This document shows, in pieces, positions 11,088 through 20,451 of a stretch of DNA of 64,000 nt. Origin of the DNA: Escherichia phage T4_ev151; the sequence record LR597660; one strand, 5' to 3'. The notes beneath the pieces are model-generated. The model saw nothing but the letters and a program-made list of their open reading frames with translations. It had not been told where the DNA came from and did not search any database. Numbering within the stretch: the stretch's first letter is position 1; every line of letters begins with the position of its first letter. Both the position numbers and the translations under genes were made by a program.

Positions 11088-12794
11088 TTATGGATAGGTA
11101 TAGATGATACCAGTTTCTAAAGCAGTTTTATGAATGATGTATCCATTACGCGATTCTTGGACATCAACTTCTGGATAATCTTTCATCATCTTCTGGAGAG
11201 TGTAACGATGCAAGTAGTACTTACTATCTGGATCGTCAGTTTTCCAATCTTTACCTTCTTCGGTCATTTTTTGGATTTCATCCATAACCCACCAACCGCA
11301 CCAGATATAAGCCGAAGTACGATGTGGAAGAGGATGAACATAAGGCAATTCACCTTCTGGTTCTGGAGCAACTTTATCAGTTACCTGAACTTGACCTTCT
11401 GCTGTGATAGTTTTGCTATCATAATCAGTAGCAGTAACAGTTGCAGTAACTTCAATAGTTTGACTTCCAATAGATGATGTATCAACAGTGTATACATTAG
11501 TTGACCCTTCTACTGGAGAAGAATCTTTCTTCCATGAATATTCGATTTGTGCTTCTTCTGGAGCATCCGTAACATTAGCAGTAAATGTAGCCGAAGCATC
11601 TTGCTGAACGTTAATAGAAGGAGGAGTCAATGTAACCCGTGGATTCATTGTTTTCTTATTAACAGTCAATGATACTTCATTAGAAGTAACTTCCTTTTCA
11701 TTGTAATTTTCTGCAGTTACTTGCGCTACACACTTAACTGTTTTAGCTCCAACTGTGGTAGGAGTATAGTTAAATGTAGTAGTAGTTTCTCCATCGACCA
11801 GAGAACCGTCAACATACCACTGATACGTAGCAGACGCTCCTGGTGGCTGTGAAGCCAAGGCAGCAGTAAATTGAACTGGGGTTCCAATTACTGCTGCAGC
11901 AGGATTAGCAGGAGTTACGGCTAACGTAGTTGTCTGTGTTTTCTTATTAACTGTTAATGATACTTCATTAGAAGTAACTGTTTTTGCGTCATAATCTGTT
12001 GCTGTTACTTGGGCTACGCATTTAATTCTTTTAACCCCACTTGTAGTTGGAGTGTAATTGAACGTAGCATTAGTTTCTCCACCAACTTGTGAATCATCTA
12101 CATACCACTGATACGTAGCAGATGCTCCTAGCGGCTGCGAAGCTAAGGCAGCAGTAAATTGAACTGGGGTTCCAATTACTCCTGCTGGAGGACTATCAGG
12201 AGTTACTGCCAAAGTAGTTGTCTGCTCCTTTTTATTAACAGTCAGTGATACTTCATTAGAAGTAACGCTTAGTGCATCATAATCTGTCGCAGTTACTTGA
12301 GCTACACACTTGATTTTTTTAACTCCGCTTGTGTCAGGAGTGTAATTGAATGTAGCGTCAGTTGCTTCGTCTACAGGAGAACCGTCAACGTACCACTGAT
12401 ATGTGGCGTTTGCGCCAGATGGCTGCGAAGCTAAGGCAGCGGTAAATTCAATTGGAGTTCCAATCACTCCAGCATCAGGGCTACCAGGAGTTACAGCTAA
12501 AGTAGTTGTTTGTGTCTTATTTTGAACTGTGATAGTTGTACTAATTTCAGCTGTTTCAGCTTCACTGTCAGGAACTGGATTTGTTGCAACTACTTTAATA
12601 GTTTTCTGGCCTGCAGGCCCCTTTAATACATAACTAAAAGTTGCTGACGTTTCTTCCTGTGGAGCACCGTCTACAGTCCAAGCATATGTAATAGGTCCAT
12701 CTCCAGTTTGACCACTGGGTGTAGCAGTAAACTGCTGAGTCTGATCTATAACTCCAGTAGGTGTTTTAGGAGTTATATCAACTGTAAAAGTCAT
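11088..12794 (-). CDS. hoc: Outer capsid decoration protein Hoc with five tandem Ig-like domains plus C-terminal capsid-binding domain
   Basis: 568 aa; five ~95-aa repeats (three nearly identical, starting TTTLAVTP...) then a C-terminal block ...YIWCGWWVMDEIQKMTEEGKDWKTDDPDSKYY; positioned between 24.x and inh as in T4. Confidence 0.88.
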   Translation of the reverse strand: MTFTVDITPKTPTGVIDQTQQFTATPSGQTGDGPITYAWTVDGAPQEETSATFSYVLKGPAGQKTIKVVATNPVPDSEAETAEISTTITVQNKTQTTTLAVTPGSPDAGVIGTPIEFTAALASQPSGANATYQWYVDGSPVDEATDATFNYTPDTSGVKKIKCVAQVTATDYDALSVTSNEVSLTVNKKEQTTTLAVTPDSPPAGVIGTPVQFTAALASQPLGASATYQWYVDDSQVGGETNATFNYTPTTSGVKRIKCVAQVTATDYDAKTVTSNEVSLTVNKKTQTTTLAVTPANPAAAVIGTPVQFTAALASQPPGASATYQWYVDGSLVDGETTTTFNYTPTTVGAKTVKCVAQVTAENYNEKEVTSNEVSLTVNKKTMNPRVTLTPPSINVQQDASATFTANVTDAPEEAQIEYSWKKDSSPVEGSTNVYTVDTSSIGSQTIEVTATVTATDYDSKTITAEGQVQVTDKVAPEPEGELPYVHPLPHRTSAYIWCGWWVMDEIQKMTEEGKDWKTDDPDSKYYLHRYTLQKMMKDYPEVDVQESRNGYIIHKTALETGIIYTYP

Positions 12795-12803
12795 AAGTTA
12801 TCC

Positions 12804-13484
12804 TTATTTTAATGTTACGAAAGAAGAATTGCGTGTTTCACGAATTAAAACTGATCCGTCACGGTTAATGTAATAAATTAAGCTAAATAAAGTTTGGTGT
12901 GCTGACGCGTGTTCAAAACTAGTTGGGTGAGATTTCCAATCCGGAGTTTCAGCTATCCATTGATAAATCCACCAAGGAACGGTGCAGAATCCTGGATTTT
13001 TTCCAATCAACTGAAGATTCGGGCTAAAGTTTTCCGGAAGAGTAAATACAGACGGCTTTTCAGATTCAATAATCTCAGCTACAGCCTGTTCAAATTTTTC
13101 TTCAACAAAAGGAGTATCTTCAATCAAAACATCGGCATTTTCGGGAATTTTATCCGTTTCTACTACTTCAATTTTAATGTCAGATTTAACCGGAGAATCA
13201 ATCAGAAGTGCTGCTTCTGGATTGACTTCTTCATCGTCATATTTTAATCCCTCTGCAGCATCAGCAGCATCAATTAAGTCTTTAATAGATAACCCATCAG
13301 TCTCTGGCATAGGTTCACTAGCGAGCTTCTGGAGGGCTTCTTCAATATCAACAACGATATTATCAAAAGATTTATTCTTTTTGACCTTTATACCAAACTG
13401 TTCAGCATATTCAGCTAATTTAGCTTTAGCTTCTTTGTTATCATCAAGAGCCTTCAGCTCTGCAATATAATCTTTATCTATCAT
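12804..13484 (-). CDS. inh: Inhibitor of prohead protease, Inh
   Basis: 226 aa, same length as T4 Inh; position after hoc; RBS GAGGA. Confidence 0.8.
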   Translation of the reverse strand: MIDKDYIAELKALDDNKEAKAKLAEYAEQFGIKVKKNKSFDNIVVDIEEALQKLASEPMPETDGLSIKDLIDAADAAEGLKYDDEEVNPEAALLIDSPVKSDIKIEVVETDKIPENADVLIEDTPFVEEKFEQAVAEIIESEKPSVFTLPENFSPNLQLIGKNPGFCTVPWWIYQWIAETPDWKSHPTSFEHASAHQTLFSLIYYINRDGSVLIRETRNSSFVTLK

Positions 13485-13497
13485 AATATTTCCTCAG

Positions 13498-13505
13498 TAT
13501 AAATA
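13498..13505 (+). promoter_or_regulatory. T4-type late promoter box TATAAATA upstream of the GIY-YIG endonuclease gene
   Basis: Exact TATAAATA 29 nt upstream of the ATG at 13534. Confidence 0.6.
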
Positions 13506-13533
13506 TAGATATATTTATTACTCGGAAAATAGT

Positions 13534-14151
13534 ATGTACCACTTTGTATATGAAACAACAAATCTAATAAACGGTAAAAAGTATATAGGAAAACACTCTA
13601 CTGATGACTTGAATGATGGTTACCTTGGTTCCGGTAAGGCAATTCAGCAGGCTATAAAGAAATATGGTGAAAACAATTTCTCTAGAACAATATTAAAAGA
13701 GTTTAAAACTTCTGAAGAAGCGTACATGTATGAAGAAGAAATTATAACTCCTGAAATAATAAAAAGCAAAAATTATTATAATATGAAACCTGGTGGAATT
13801 GGTGGAATTGTTATGACTACAGAGGTTATAGCAAAGATGAAAGAATCTTCCGCTAAGAGATTTGAAAACTCACCGGGCACGGTATTAGGTACAACTTGTT
13901 ACACCAATGGAACTAAAAATATTTTTATTAAACCTGGAGAACTTGTTCCAGAAGGATTTGTAAAAGGAATGGTTCATCCTAATAGAAAGTCCAGAAAAGG
14001 ATGTAAAGTCAAACCGACTACCACAGGAACTTTTTGGGTCAATAACGGTGCAATAAATAAATTAATACAACCAGACGGTATTATTCCCGACGGATTTATT
14101 AAAGGTCGTCTCATGAAAAGAGATTCTAAAGGCAAATTTAGTAAGGCATAA
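13534..14151 (+). CDS. Free-standing GIY-YIG homing endonuclease (Seg family-like)
   Basis: 205 aa; N-terminal GIY-YIG module (HFVYETTNLINGKKYIGKH ... Y..EEEI ... YYNMKPGG); sits in the inh-uvsW interval, where I recall T4 carrying a seg gene, but I cannot say which one. Confidence 0.8.
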   Translation: MYHFVYETTNLINGKKYIGKHSTDDLNDGYLGSGKAIQQAIKKYGENNFSRTILKEFKTSEEAYMYEEEIITPEIIKSKNYYNMKPGGIGGIVMTTEVIAKMKESSAKRFENSPGTVLGTTCYTNGTKNIFIKPGELVPEGFVKGMVHPNRKSRKGCKVKPTTTGTFWVNNGAINKLIQPDGIIPDGFIKGRLMKRDSKGKFSKA

Positions 14152-14153
14152 TT

Positions 14154-15662
14154 ATGGATATTAAAGTACATTTTCACGACTTCAGCCATGTACGCATCGA
14201 TTGTGAAGAGAGCACGTTCCACGAATTAAGAGATTTCTTTTCGTTTGAGGCCGATGGATATAGGTTTAATCCTCGCTTCAGATATGGCAACTGGGATGGA
14301 CGAATCCGTCTTTTAGATTATAATCGTCTTCTTCCATTTGGCTTGGTCGGGCAAATTAAAAAGTTCTGTGATAACTTTGGCTATAAAGCCTGGATTGACC
14401 CACAAATTAACGAAAAAGAAGAATTATCAAGAAAAGATTTTGATGAATGGCTTTCTAAATTAGAAATCTATTCAGGAAATAAAAGAATTGAACCACACTG
14501 GTATCAAAAAGATGCAGTGTTCGAAGGATTAGTTAATCGTCGTAGAATTCTTAATCTTCCAACATCTGCAGGTAAATCGTTAATTCAAGCTCTGCTTGCT
14601 CGGTATTATTTGGAAAATTATGAAGGTAAAATTCTTATCATTGTTCCAACAACTGCTCTAACAACTCAGATGGCTGATGACTTCGTTGACTATCGTTTAT
14701 TCAGTCATGCAATGATAAAGAAAATTGGTGGCGGAGCATCAAAAGATGATAAATATAAAAATGATGCACCAGTCGTTGTTGGTACATGGCAAACTGTAGT
14801 AAAACAACCGAAAGAATGGTTCTCACAGTTTGGAATGATGATGAATGATGAATGCCATCTTGCTACAGGAAAAAGTATTTCATCTATCATATCAGGTTTA
14901 AATAACTGCATGTTCAAATTTGGTCTATCTGGTTCATTACGTGATGGCAAAGCCAATATCATGCAGTATGTTGGAATGTTTGGTGAAATATTTAAGCCAG
15001 TAACGACTTCTAAGTTAATGGAAGATGGACAAGTAACTGAGCTAAAAATTAATAGTATTTTTCTTCGCTATCCCGATGAGTTCACTACTAAATTAAAGGG
15101 AAAAACTTATCAAGAAGAAATAAAAATTATTACTGGGCTCAGTAAAAGAAATAAATGGATCGCTAAATTAGCTATTAAGCTTGCGCAAAAAGATGAAAAC
15201 GCTTTTGTCATGTTTAAACATGTATCGCACGGTAAAGCTATTTTCGATTTAATTAAAAATGAATACGATAAAGTTTATTACGTATCAGGGGAAGTTGATA
15301 CCGAAACCCGCAATATAATGAAAACTTTAGCTGAAAATGGTAAAGGAATAATTATAGTAGCTAGTTATGGTGTATTTTCTACTGGTATTTCAGTTAAAAA
15401 TCTACATCACGTTGTTTTAGCGCACGGTGTTAAATCAAAAATCATTGTATTACAAACAATCGGTCGTGTATTACGTAAGCATGGTTCTAAGACAATAGCA
15501 ACAGTCTGGGACCTCATAGATGATTGTGGTGTTAAGCCAAAATCTGCTAATACGAAAAAGAAATATGTTCATTTGAACTATCTTTTAAAACACGGCATTG
15601 ATCGTATTCAGCGCTACGCAGATGAAAAATTTAATTACGTAATGAAAACAGTTAATTTATAA
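14154..15662 (+). CDS. uvsW: UvsW DNA helicase (SF2)
   Basis: 502 aa; MDIKVHFHDFSHVRIDCEESTFHELRDFF...; Walker A ...LPTSAGKSL... and DECH box (MMMNDECHLATG). Confidence 0.9.
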   Translation: MDIKVHFHDFSHVRIDCEESTFHELRDFFSFEADGYRFNPRFRYGNWDGRIRLLDYNRLLPFGLVGQIKKFCDNFGYKAWIDPQINEKEELSRKDFDEWLSKLEIYSGNKRIEPHWYQKDAVFEGLVNRRRILNLPTSAGKSLIQALLARYYLENYEGKILIIVPTTALTTQMADDFVDYRLFSHAMIKKIGGGASKDDKYKNDAPVVVGTWQTVVKQPKEWFSQFGMMMNDECHLATGKSISSIISGLNNCMFKFGLSGSLRDGKANIMQYVGMFGEIFKPVTTSKLMEDGQVTELKINSIFLRYPDEFTTKLKGKTYQEEIKIITGLSKRNKWIAKLAIKLAQKDENAFVMFKHVSHGKAIFDLIKNEYDKVYYVSGEVDTETRNIMKTLAENGKGIIIVASYGVFSTGISVKNLHHVVLAHGVKSKIIVLQTIGRVLRKHGSKTIATVWDLIDDCGVKPKSANTKKKYVHLNYLLKHGIDRIQRYADEKFNYVMKTVNL

Positions 15663-15675
15663 GGGCTTCGGCCCT
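15662..15675 (+). other. Hairpin AGGGC-TTCG-GCCCT between uvsW and uvsW.1
   Basis: Begins at the last base of the uvsW stop codon; GGAG RBS and ATG of uvsW.1 follow. Confidence 0.5.
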
Positions 15676-15687
15676 TTGGAGAAAAAG

Positions 15688-15921
15688 ATGTTACTAGAAT
15701 TTAAACAATTTCTTTATGAAGCTTCTATTGATGAATTTATGGGTAAAATTGCCTCTTGTCAAACATTAGAAGGTTTAGAAGAACTTGAAGCTTATTATAA
15801 GAAAAGAGTTAAAGAAACTGAATTAAAAGATACTGATGACATCTCTGTGAGAGATGCTTTGGCAGGAAAAAGAGCTGAATTAGAAGATTCAGACGATGAT
15901 GAAGTAGAAGAAAGTTTTTAA
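15688..15921 (+). CDS. uvsW.1: UvsW.1, small acidic protein (possibly the C-terminal domain of UvsW)
   Basis: 77 aa from ATG 15688 with GGAG RBS; track ORF starts at TTG 15676; lies in the +1 frame relative to uvsW. Confidence 0.7.
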   Translation: MLLEFKQFLYEASIDEFMGKIASCQTLEGLEELEAYYKKRVKETELKDTDDISVRDALAGKRAELEDSDDDEVEESF

Positions 15922-15975
15922 ATAAAAAAGGCCCAACCAAAAAGGAAGGGCCAAAACTATAGACTAAAGGTCACA

Positions 15976-16143
15976 CTATAGCAAAAGTTGTGTTTCATTT
16001 AATTGTTCTTCCGAACTTTCTGAAACTGGTAGTTCTTTAATGTAATTATAGCAAGGCCCAGGATGTACAGGACCTTTGTCTGTTTCAACAACCAATGCAG
16101 AATCGATTGGAGTTTTACAGACAACACAAATCTTATCTGACAT
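15976..16143 (-). CDS. Hypothetical small Cys-containing protein, 55 aa
   Basis: MSDKICVVCKTPIDSALVVETDKGPVHPGPCYNY...; strong RBS GAGGAG 5 nt upstream; late promoter box 26 nt upstream; below the 60-aa cutoff of the ORF track. Confidence 0.45.
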   Translation of the reverse strand: MSDKICVVCKTPIDSALVVETDKGPVHPGPCYNYIKELPVSESSEEQLNETQLLL

Positions 16144-16168
16144 GATTGTCTCCTCTGAATTATATATC

Positions 16169-16176
16169 TATTTATA
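16169..16176 (-). promoter_or_regulatory. T4-type late promoter box TATAAATA on the minus strand
   Basis: Plus-strand TATTTATA, i.e. TATAAATA on the minus strand, upstream of the 55-aa ORF. Confidence 0.55.
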
Positions 16177-16266
16177 ACCCCATCTTAAAACGCATTTCTT
16201 GTACACGCTTTAAACATGCTTCCATTTCTGCTAAAAGTCTAAATACTTCTTTATAATTTGTCATAT

Positions 16267-16494
16267 TTACCCCATATCTCTCATATGCATATCAATGCCC
16301 ATATCTTTAGAATAAAAATATTCATCAAGATATCCGGCAAATTTTCCTTTAATATAAAGGACATCTTCACCACACGGGTGGTCGGCCAGGATACGAATAT
16401 CCTGACGCTTAATATTATGCTTTTTCATTAAGAATTGAATTTCCGTTTCAAATTCTTCTTCATAATTAAAAGCATCATCAATGTTATATCTCAT
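16267..16494 (-). CDS. Hypothetical protein, 75 aa (uvsY.-1 position)
   Basis: ORF whose ATG overlaps the uvsY stop; translationally coupled. Confidence 0.65.
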   Translation of the reverse strand: MRYNIDDAFNYEEEFETEIQFLMKKHNIKRQDIRILADHPCGEDVLYIKGKFAGYLDEYFYSKDMGIDMHMRDMG

Positions 16495-16907
16495 TATTTT
16501 CCAGCCTCAAATGCTCGCATGTCTTGAATATGCTTAATAGCAAATCCACGTGATTTAATAGCATCAAGAGCTCCGCTACAGAAATCTAATAAAATCCCCC
16601 AATACTGTAACGAGGTATCAACCTTTAAAACATCCTTATCAGCTGATAGAACTGTCTTCATTTCTGATTTCTCGTAACGATCCATACTAAATTCATCACC
16701 ATCTCCTCGTCCCGAGTAGTAGTCTAATTTAGCTTTAAGAGCAACTTTTTTCTGTGCGTCAATTCTAAGCATTTCCTTTTTAATACTTGAATGCTTATTA
16801 AGCCATTTACTATATAACATCACATTATTAGCTGCTTCATACTGTAATTTAGTCGAATCTATAAACACATCTTTCTTCAATTCTTCTTGAAGATCTTCTA
16901 ATCTCAT
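16494..16907 (-). CDS. uvsY: Recombination mediator protein UvsY
   Basis: 137 aa, same length as T4 UvsY; MRLEDLQEELKKDVFIDSTKLQYEAANNVMLYSKWL... Confidence 0.92.
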   Translation of the reverse strand: MRLEDLQEELKKDVFIDSTKLQYEAANNVMLYSKWLNKHSSIKKEMLRIDAQKKVALKAKLDYYSGRGDGDEFSMDRYEKSEMKTVLSADKDVLKVDTSLQYWGILLDFCSGALDAIKSRGFAIKHIQDMRAFEAGK

Positions 16908-16947
16908 ATTGTTCTCTATTCAATTGTTATTGGATGGACTTAGATTC

Positions 16948-16974
16948 ATTATACCACGTTTTAACGTGAAGCAT
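16948..16974 (-). promoter_or_regulatory. Middle (MotA-dependent) promoter of uvsY
   Basis: Minus strand reads ATGCTTCA (MotA box, 16974-16967), 13-nt spacer, TATAAT (16953-16948), 41 nt upstream of the uvsY ATG. Confidence 0.65.
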
Positions 16975-17372
16975 TATACTCTATTACTGGAAGCCAGTTG
17001 CAGTTTTATCTGCTCAATATCATCGGGGTTATCGATGACCGAAAAGCGTATTTCTACTATCAGAGTATAATCATCATAAACCGGTATTACATTAACTGCT
17101 AATTTATCAATACGTGGCTCATAGTTTCTTACTGCGCTTTCGATGTTACGCTCAACCGTATCAGCAGTAAGAGGAGTCATATTTTCAAAAAGCTGATCTG
17201 ATAAATCACATCCAAATTCAGGGTCAAATGGTCTTGAACCTTTTCTTGTTGTAATAATTCCTAAAAGACTGTTTTTAATTGACCTTAATCCAAGCGATCT
17301 GGAAACGTCTTTGTTCCAATCCATTTTCATTTCCGGGTCAATGTCAGAATAAAGCTTATTAATATTTGACAT
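16974..17372 (-). CDS. 25: Baseplate wedge protein gp25
   Basis: 132 aa, same length as T4 gp25; [28 protein letters not shown]... Confidence 0.93.
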   Translation of the reverse strand: MSNINKLYSDIDPEMKMDWNKDVSRSLGLRSIKNSLLGIITTRKGSRPFDPEFGCDLSDQLFENMTPLTADTVERNIESAVRNYEPRIDKLAVNVIPVYDDYTLIVEIRFSVIDNPDDIEQIKLQLASSNRV

Positions 17373-17998
17373 TATAGTAACTCAAAGAACTCTTTGAGGC
17401 CTCTTATTACGTGAGCATGGGTTTTTCCACACTCTGGACACTTAATTGGAACAGCCAAATAAACGGTAGGTTTTAAAAGCATATCTTTTATAGCTACAAT
17501 ATCTGACTCTGTGATGATAGAATATAAATCTTCTAGTTCCTTTTCATTTAAGTCTTCAACTGGAATGCTTTCCCCGTTAGCATGAATCGTTTCTATGCAT
17601 GATACTATCATGTGGGCTATATTTTTATCATCAAAAATTTTAGGGTATCGGAATTTAATTTTAATGTCACCCAGTGTATACCAGAGGTCTTCTGGTGCAT
17701 CTATTTGTGTATGTAATAGATTTATATGGGTTGGTATTTCAGTTCCACAGGTGCACTTCCAGGAGTTTTCGTGATTAACTTCACCGAGAGAATGTGCCCA
17801 TAAATGAATCAACAATAGTTCTGATTCTTGGCGGTTTAAATCTTTTGCATTTGTGCAGTCTTTGATTAGCTTTTTAACAATTACTTCTACGGAACCATTA
17901 TTTTTGGCAGTAATAAGTTCTAGATATTCTTTAAGCGTGAATGCGCGACAATTGATTATTTTAGAACCAACTCTCACATCAAATTTGTATTCATACAT
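17372..17998 (-). CDS. 26: Baseplate hub protein gp26
   Basis: 208 aa, same length as T4 gp26; stop overlaps the gp25 start. Confidence 0.88.
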   Translation of the reverse strand: MYEYKFDVRVGSKIINCRAFTLKEYLELITAKNNGSVEVIVKKLIKDCTNAKDLNRQESELLLIHLWAHSLGEVNHENSWKCTCGTEIPTHINLLHTQIDAPEDLWYTLGDIKIKFRYPKIFDDKNIAHMIVSCIETIHANGESIPVEDLNEKELEDLYSIITESDIVAIKDMLLKPTVYLAVPIKCPECGKTHAHVIRGLKEFFELL

Positions 17999-18019
17999 AT
18001 TTAGCTCCTTTATTTATCA

Positions 18020-18027
18020 TATTTATA
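18020..18027 (-). promoter_or_regulatory. Late promoter box TATAAATA on the minus strand for genes 26-25
   Basis: Plus TATTTATA at 18020-18027, 22 nt upstream of the gene 26 ATG. Confidence 0.6.
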
Positions 18028-18031
18028 AATA
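18024..18031 (+). promoter_or_regulatory. Late promoter box TATAAATA on the plus strand for gene 51
   Basis: Exact TATAAATA 17 nt upstream of the gene 51 ATG; overlaps the minus-strand box by 4 bp. Confidence 0.6.
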
Positions 18032-18048
18032 GAATAAAAGGAGCATCT

Positions 18049-18798
18049 ATGGCAAACATTATTCGTTGTAAATTACCAGATGGTGTTCATCGTTTTAAAC
18101 CATTTACGGTAGAAGATTATCGAGATTTTTTGTTAGTTCGAAACGATATAGAACATCGGTCACCGCAAGAACAAAAAGAAATAATTACTGATTTAATTGA
18201 TGATTATTTTGGAGACTATCCGAAGACTTGGCAACCATTTATATTTTTGCAGGTATTTGTAGGGTCGATAGGTAAAACTAAAGTACCGGTCACATTTGTA
18301 TGTCCAAAATGTAAAAAAGAAAAGACAGTTCCATTTGAAATATACCAAAAAGAATTAAAGGAACCTGTTTTTGATGTAGCTAATGTTAAAATTAAATTAA
18401 AGTTTCCTTCTGAGTTTTATGAAAATAAAGCAAAGATGATTACTGAAAATATTCATTCTGTTCAAGTAGATGAAATTTGGTATGATTGGAAGGAAATTAG
18501 CGAATCCAGTCAAATAGAACTCGTTGACGCCATCGAGATAGAAACATTAGAAAAAATTCTCGATGCAATGAATCCTATTAATTTAACTCTACATATGTCA
18601 TGCTGTAATAAGTACATTAAAAAATACACTGATATAGTAGATGTGTTTAAGCTATTAGTTAACCCAGATGAGATATTTACTTTTTATCAAATTAACCACA
18701 CACTTGTAAAAAGCAATTATAGCTTAAATTCAATAATGAAAATGATTCCTGCCGAGCGCGGATTCGTATTAAAACTGATTGAGAAGGATAAACAATAA
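18049..18798 (+). CDS. 51: Baseplate hub assembly catalyst gp51
   Basis: 249 aa, same length as T4 gp51; RBS AAAGGAG. Confidence 0.88.
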   Translation: MANIIRCKLPDGVHRFKPFTVEDYRDFLLVRNDIEHRSPQEQKEIITDLIDDYFGDYPKTWQPFIFLQVFVGSIGKTKVPVTFVCPKCKKEKTVPFEIYQKELKEPVFDVANVKIKLKFPSEFYENKAKMITENIHSVQVDEIWYDWKEISESSQIELVDAIEIETLEKILDAMNPINLTLHMSCCNKYIKKYTDIVDVFKLLVNPDEIFTFYQINHTLVKSNYSLNSIMKMIPAERGFVLKLIEKDKQ

Positions 18799-19973
18799 TG
18801 AGTATGTTGCAACGCCCCGGATATCCAAATCTCAGCGTTAAATTATTTGATAGCTACGACGCTTGGAGTAATAATAGATTTGTTGAATTAGCTGCTACTA
18901 TTACCACATTAACTATGCGGGATTCTCTTTATGGCCGAAATGAAGGAATGCTGCAGTTTTATGATTCTAAAAACATCCATACAAAAATGGATGGAAATGA
19001 AATAATTCAGATTTCTGTAGCTAATGCAAATGATATTAATAATGTTAAAACACGAATTTATGGATGTAAGCATTTTTCCGTGTCAGTAGATTCAAAAGGT
19101 GATAACATCATTGCTATTGAATTGGGAACTATTCATTCTATAGAAAATCTTAAATTCGGTAGACCATTTTTCCCTGATGCAGGTGAATCTATAAAAGAAA
19201 TGCTTGGTGTCATTTATCAGGATCGCACATTATTAACTCCAGCAATAAATGCTATAAATGCTTATGTTCCTGATATTCCGTGGACTAGCACATTTGAAAA
19301 CTATTTGTCATATGTAAGAGAAGTTGCTCTAGCTGTAGGAAGCGACAAATTTGTATTTGTATGGCAAGACATCATGGGAGTTAACATGATGGACTATGAT
19401 ATGATGATAAATCAAGAACCATATCCAATGATTGTCGGTGAGCCATCTTTAATAGGTCAATTTGTCCAAGAATTAAAATATCCATTAGCATATGATTTCG
19501 TTTGGTTGACTAAATCGAATCCTCACAAACGTGACCCAATGAAAAATGCTACTATCTATGCTCATTCATTTTTAGATTCTTCACTGCCAATGATTACTAC
19601 AGGAAAGGGCGAAAACTCTATTGTAGTGTCAAGGTCAGGTGCTTATTCTGAAATGACTTATAGGAATGGATATGAAGAAGCCATTCGTCTTCAAACTATG
19701 GCACAATATGACGGTTATGCTAAATGTTCTACTGTCGGTAATTTTAACTTGACTCCTGGTGTTAAAATTATTTTTAATGATAGTAAAAACCAATTTAAAA
19801 CAGAATTTTACGTTGATGAAGTCATCCATGAATTATCAAATAATAATTCGGTAACTCATCTATATATGTTCACTAATGCAACGAAACTGGAAACAATAGA
19901 CCCAGTTAAGGTTAAAAATGAATTTAAATCTGATACTACCACTGAAGAAAGTAGTTCTTCCAATAAGCAATAA
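18798..19973 (+). CDS. 27: Baseplate hub protein gp27
   Basis: 391 aa, same length as T4 gp27. Confidence 0.92.
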   Translation: MSMLQRPGYPNLSVKLFDSYDAWSNNRFVELAATITTLTMRDSLYGRNEGMLQFYDSKNIHTKMDGNEIIQISVANANDINNVKTRIYGCKHFSVSVDSKGDNIIAIELGTIHSIENLKFGRPFFPDAGESIKEMLGVIYQDRTLLTPAINAINAYVPDIPWTSTFENYLSYVREVALAVGSDKFVFVWQDIMGVNMMDYDMMINQEPYPMIVGEPSLIGQFVQELKYPLAYDFVWLTKSNPHKRDPMKNATIYAHSFLDSSLPMITTGKGENSIVVSRSGAYSEMTYRNGYEEAIRLQTMAQYDGYAKCSTVGNFNLTPGVKIIFNDSKNQFKTEFYVDEVIHELSNNNSVTHLYMFTNATKLETIDPVKVKNEFKSDTTTEESSSSNKQ

Positions 19974-20451
19974 AGAAGTTTCTATTCCTAAAATGGGTCT
20001 TAAACATTATAACATTTTAAAAGATGTTAAAGGTCCTGATGAAAATTTAAAACTTCTTATTGATTCTATTTGCCCGAATTTGTCACCAGCAGAAGTTGAT
20101 TTCGTTTCTATTCATTTATTGGAATTTAATGGAAAGATTAAATCTCGTAAAGAAATAGATGGTTATACTTATGACATTAATGATGTTTATGTATGCCAAA
20201 GATTAGAATTTCAATACCAAGGAAATACATTTTATTTTAGACCTCCTGGAAAATTTGAACAATTTTTAACGGTGAGCGATATGTTATCCAAATGCTTGCT
20301 TAAGGTCAATGATGAAGTTAAAGAAATTAATTTTCTTGAGATGCCAGCATTCGTTTTAAAATGGGCAAATGATATTTTTACAACTTTAGCAATTCCTGGC
20401 CCTAATGGTCCAATAACTGGAATTGGCAATATTATTGGATTATTTGAATGA
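19918..20451 (+). CDS. 28: Baseplate hub distal subunit gp28
   Basis: 177 aa, same length as T4 gp28; overlaps the gp27 3' end in another frame. Confidence 0.8.
   Translation: MNLNLILPLKKVVLPISNKEVSIPKMGLKHYNILKDVKGPDENLKLLIDSICPNLSPAEVDFVSIHLLEFNGKIKSRKEIDGYTYDINDVYVCQRLEFQYQGNTFYFRPPGKFEQFLTVSDMLSKCLLKVNDEVKEINFLEMPAFVLKWANDIFTTLAIPGPNGPITGIGNIIGLFE

Noticed and set aside
11130-11477. 115-aa plus-strand ORF inside hoc
   Set aside because: Antisense to hoc; no RBS.
12909-13470. Two plus-strand ORFs (112 and 97 aa) inside inh
   Set aside because: Antisense to inh; low-complexity translations.
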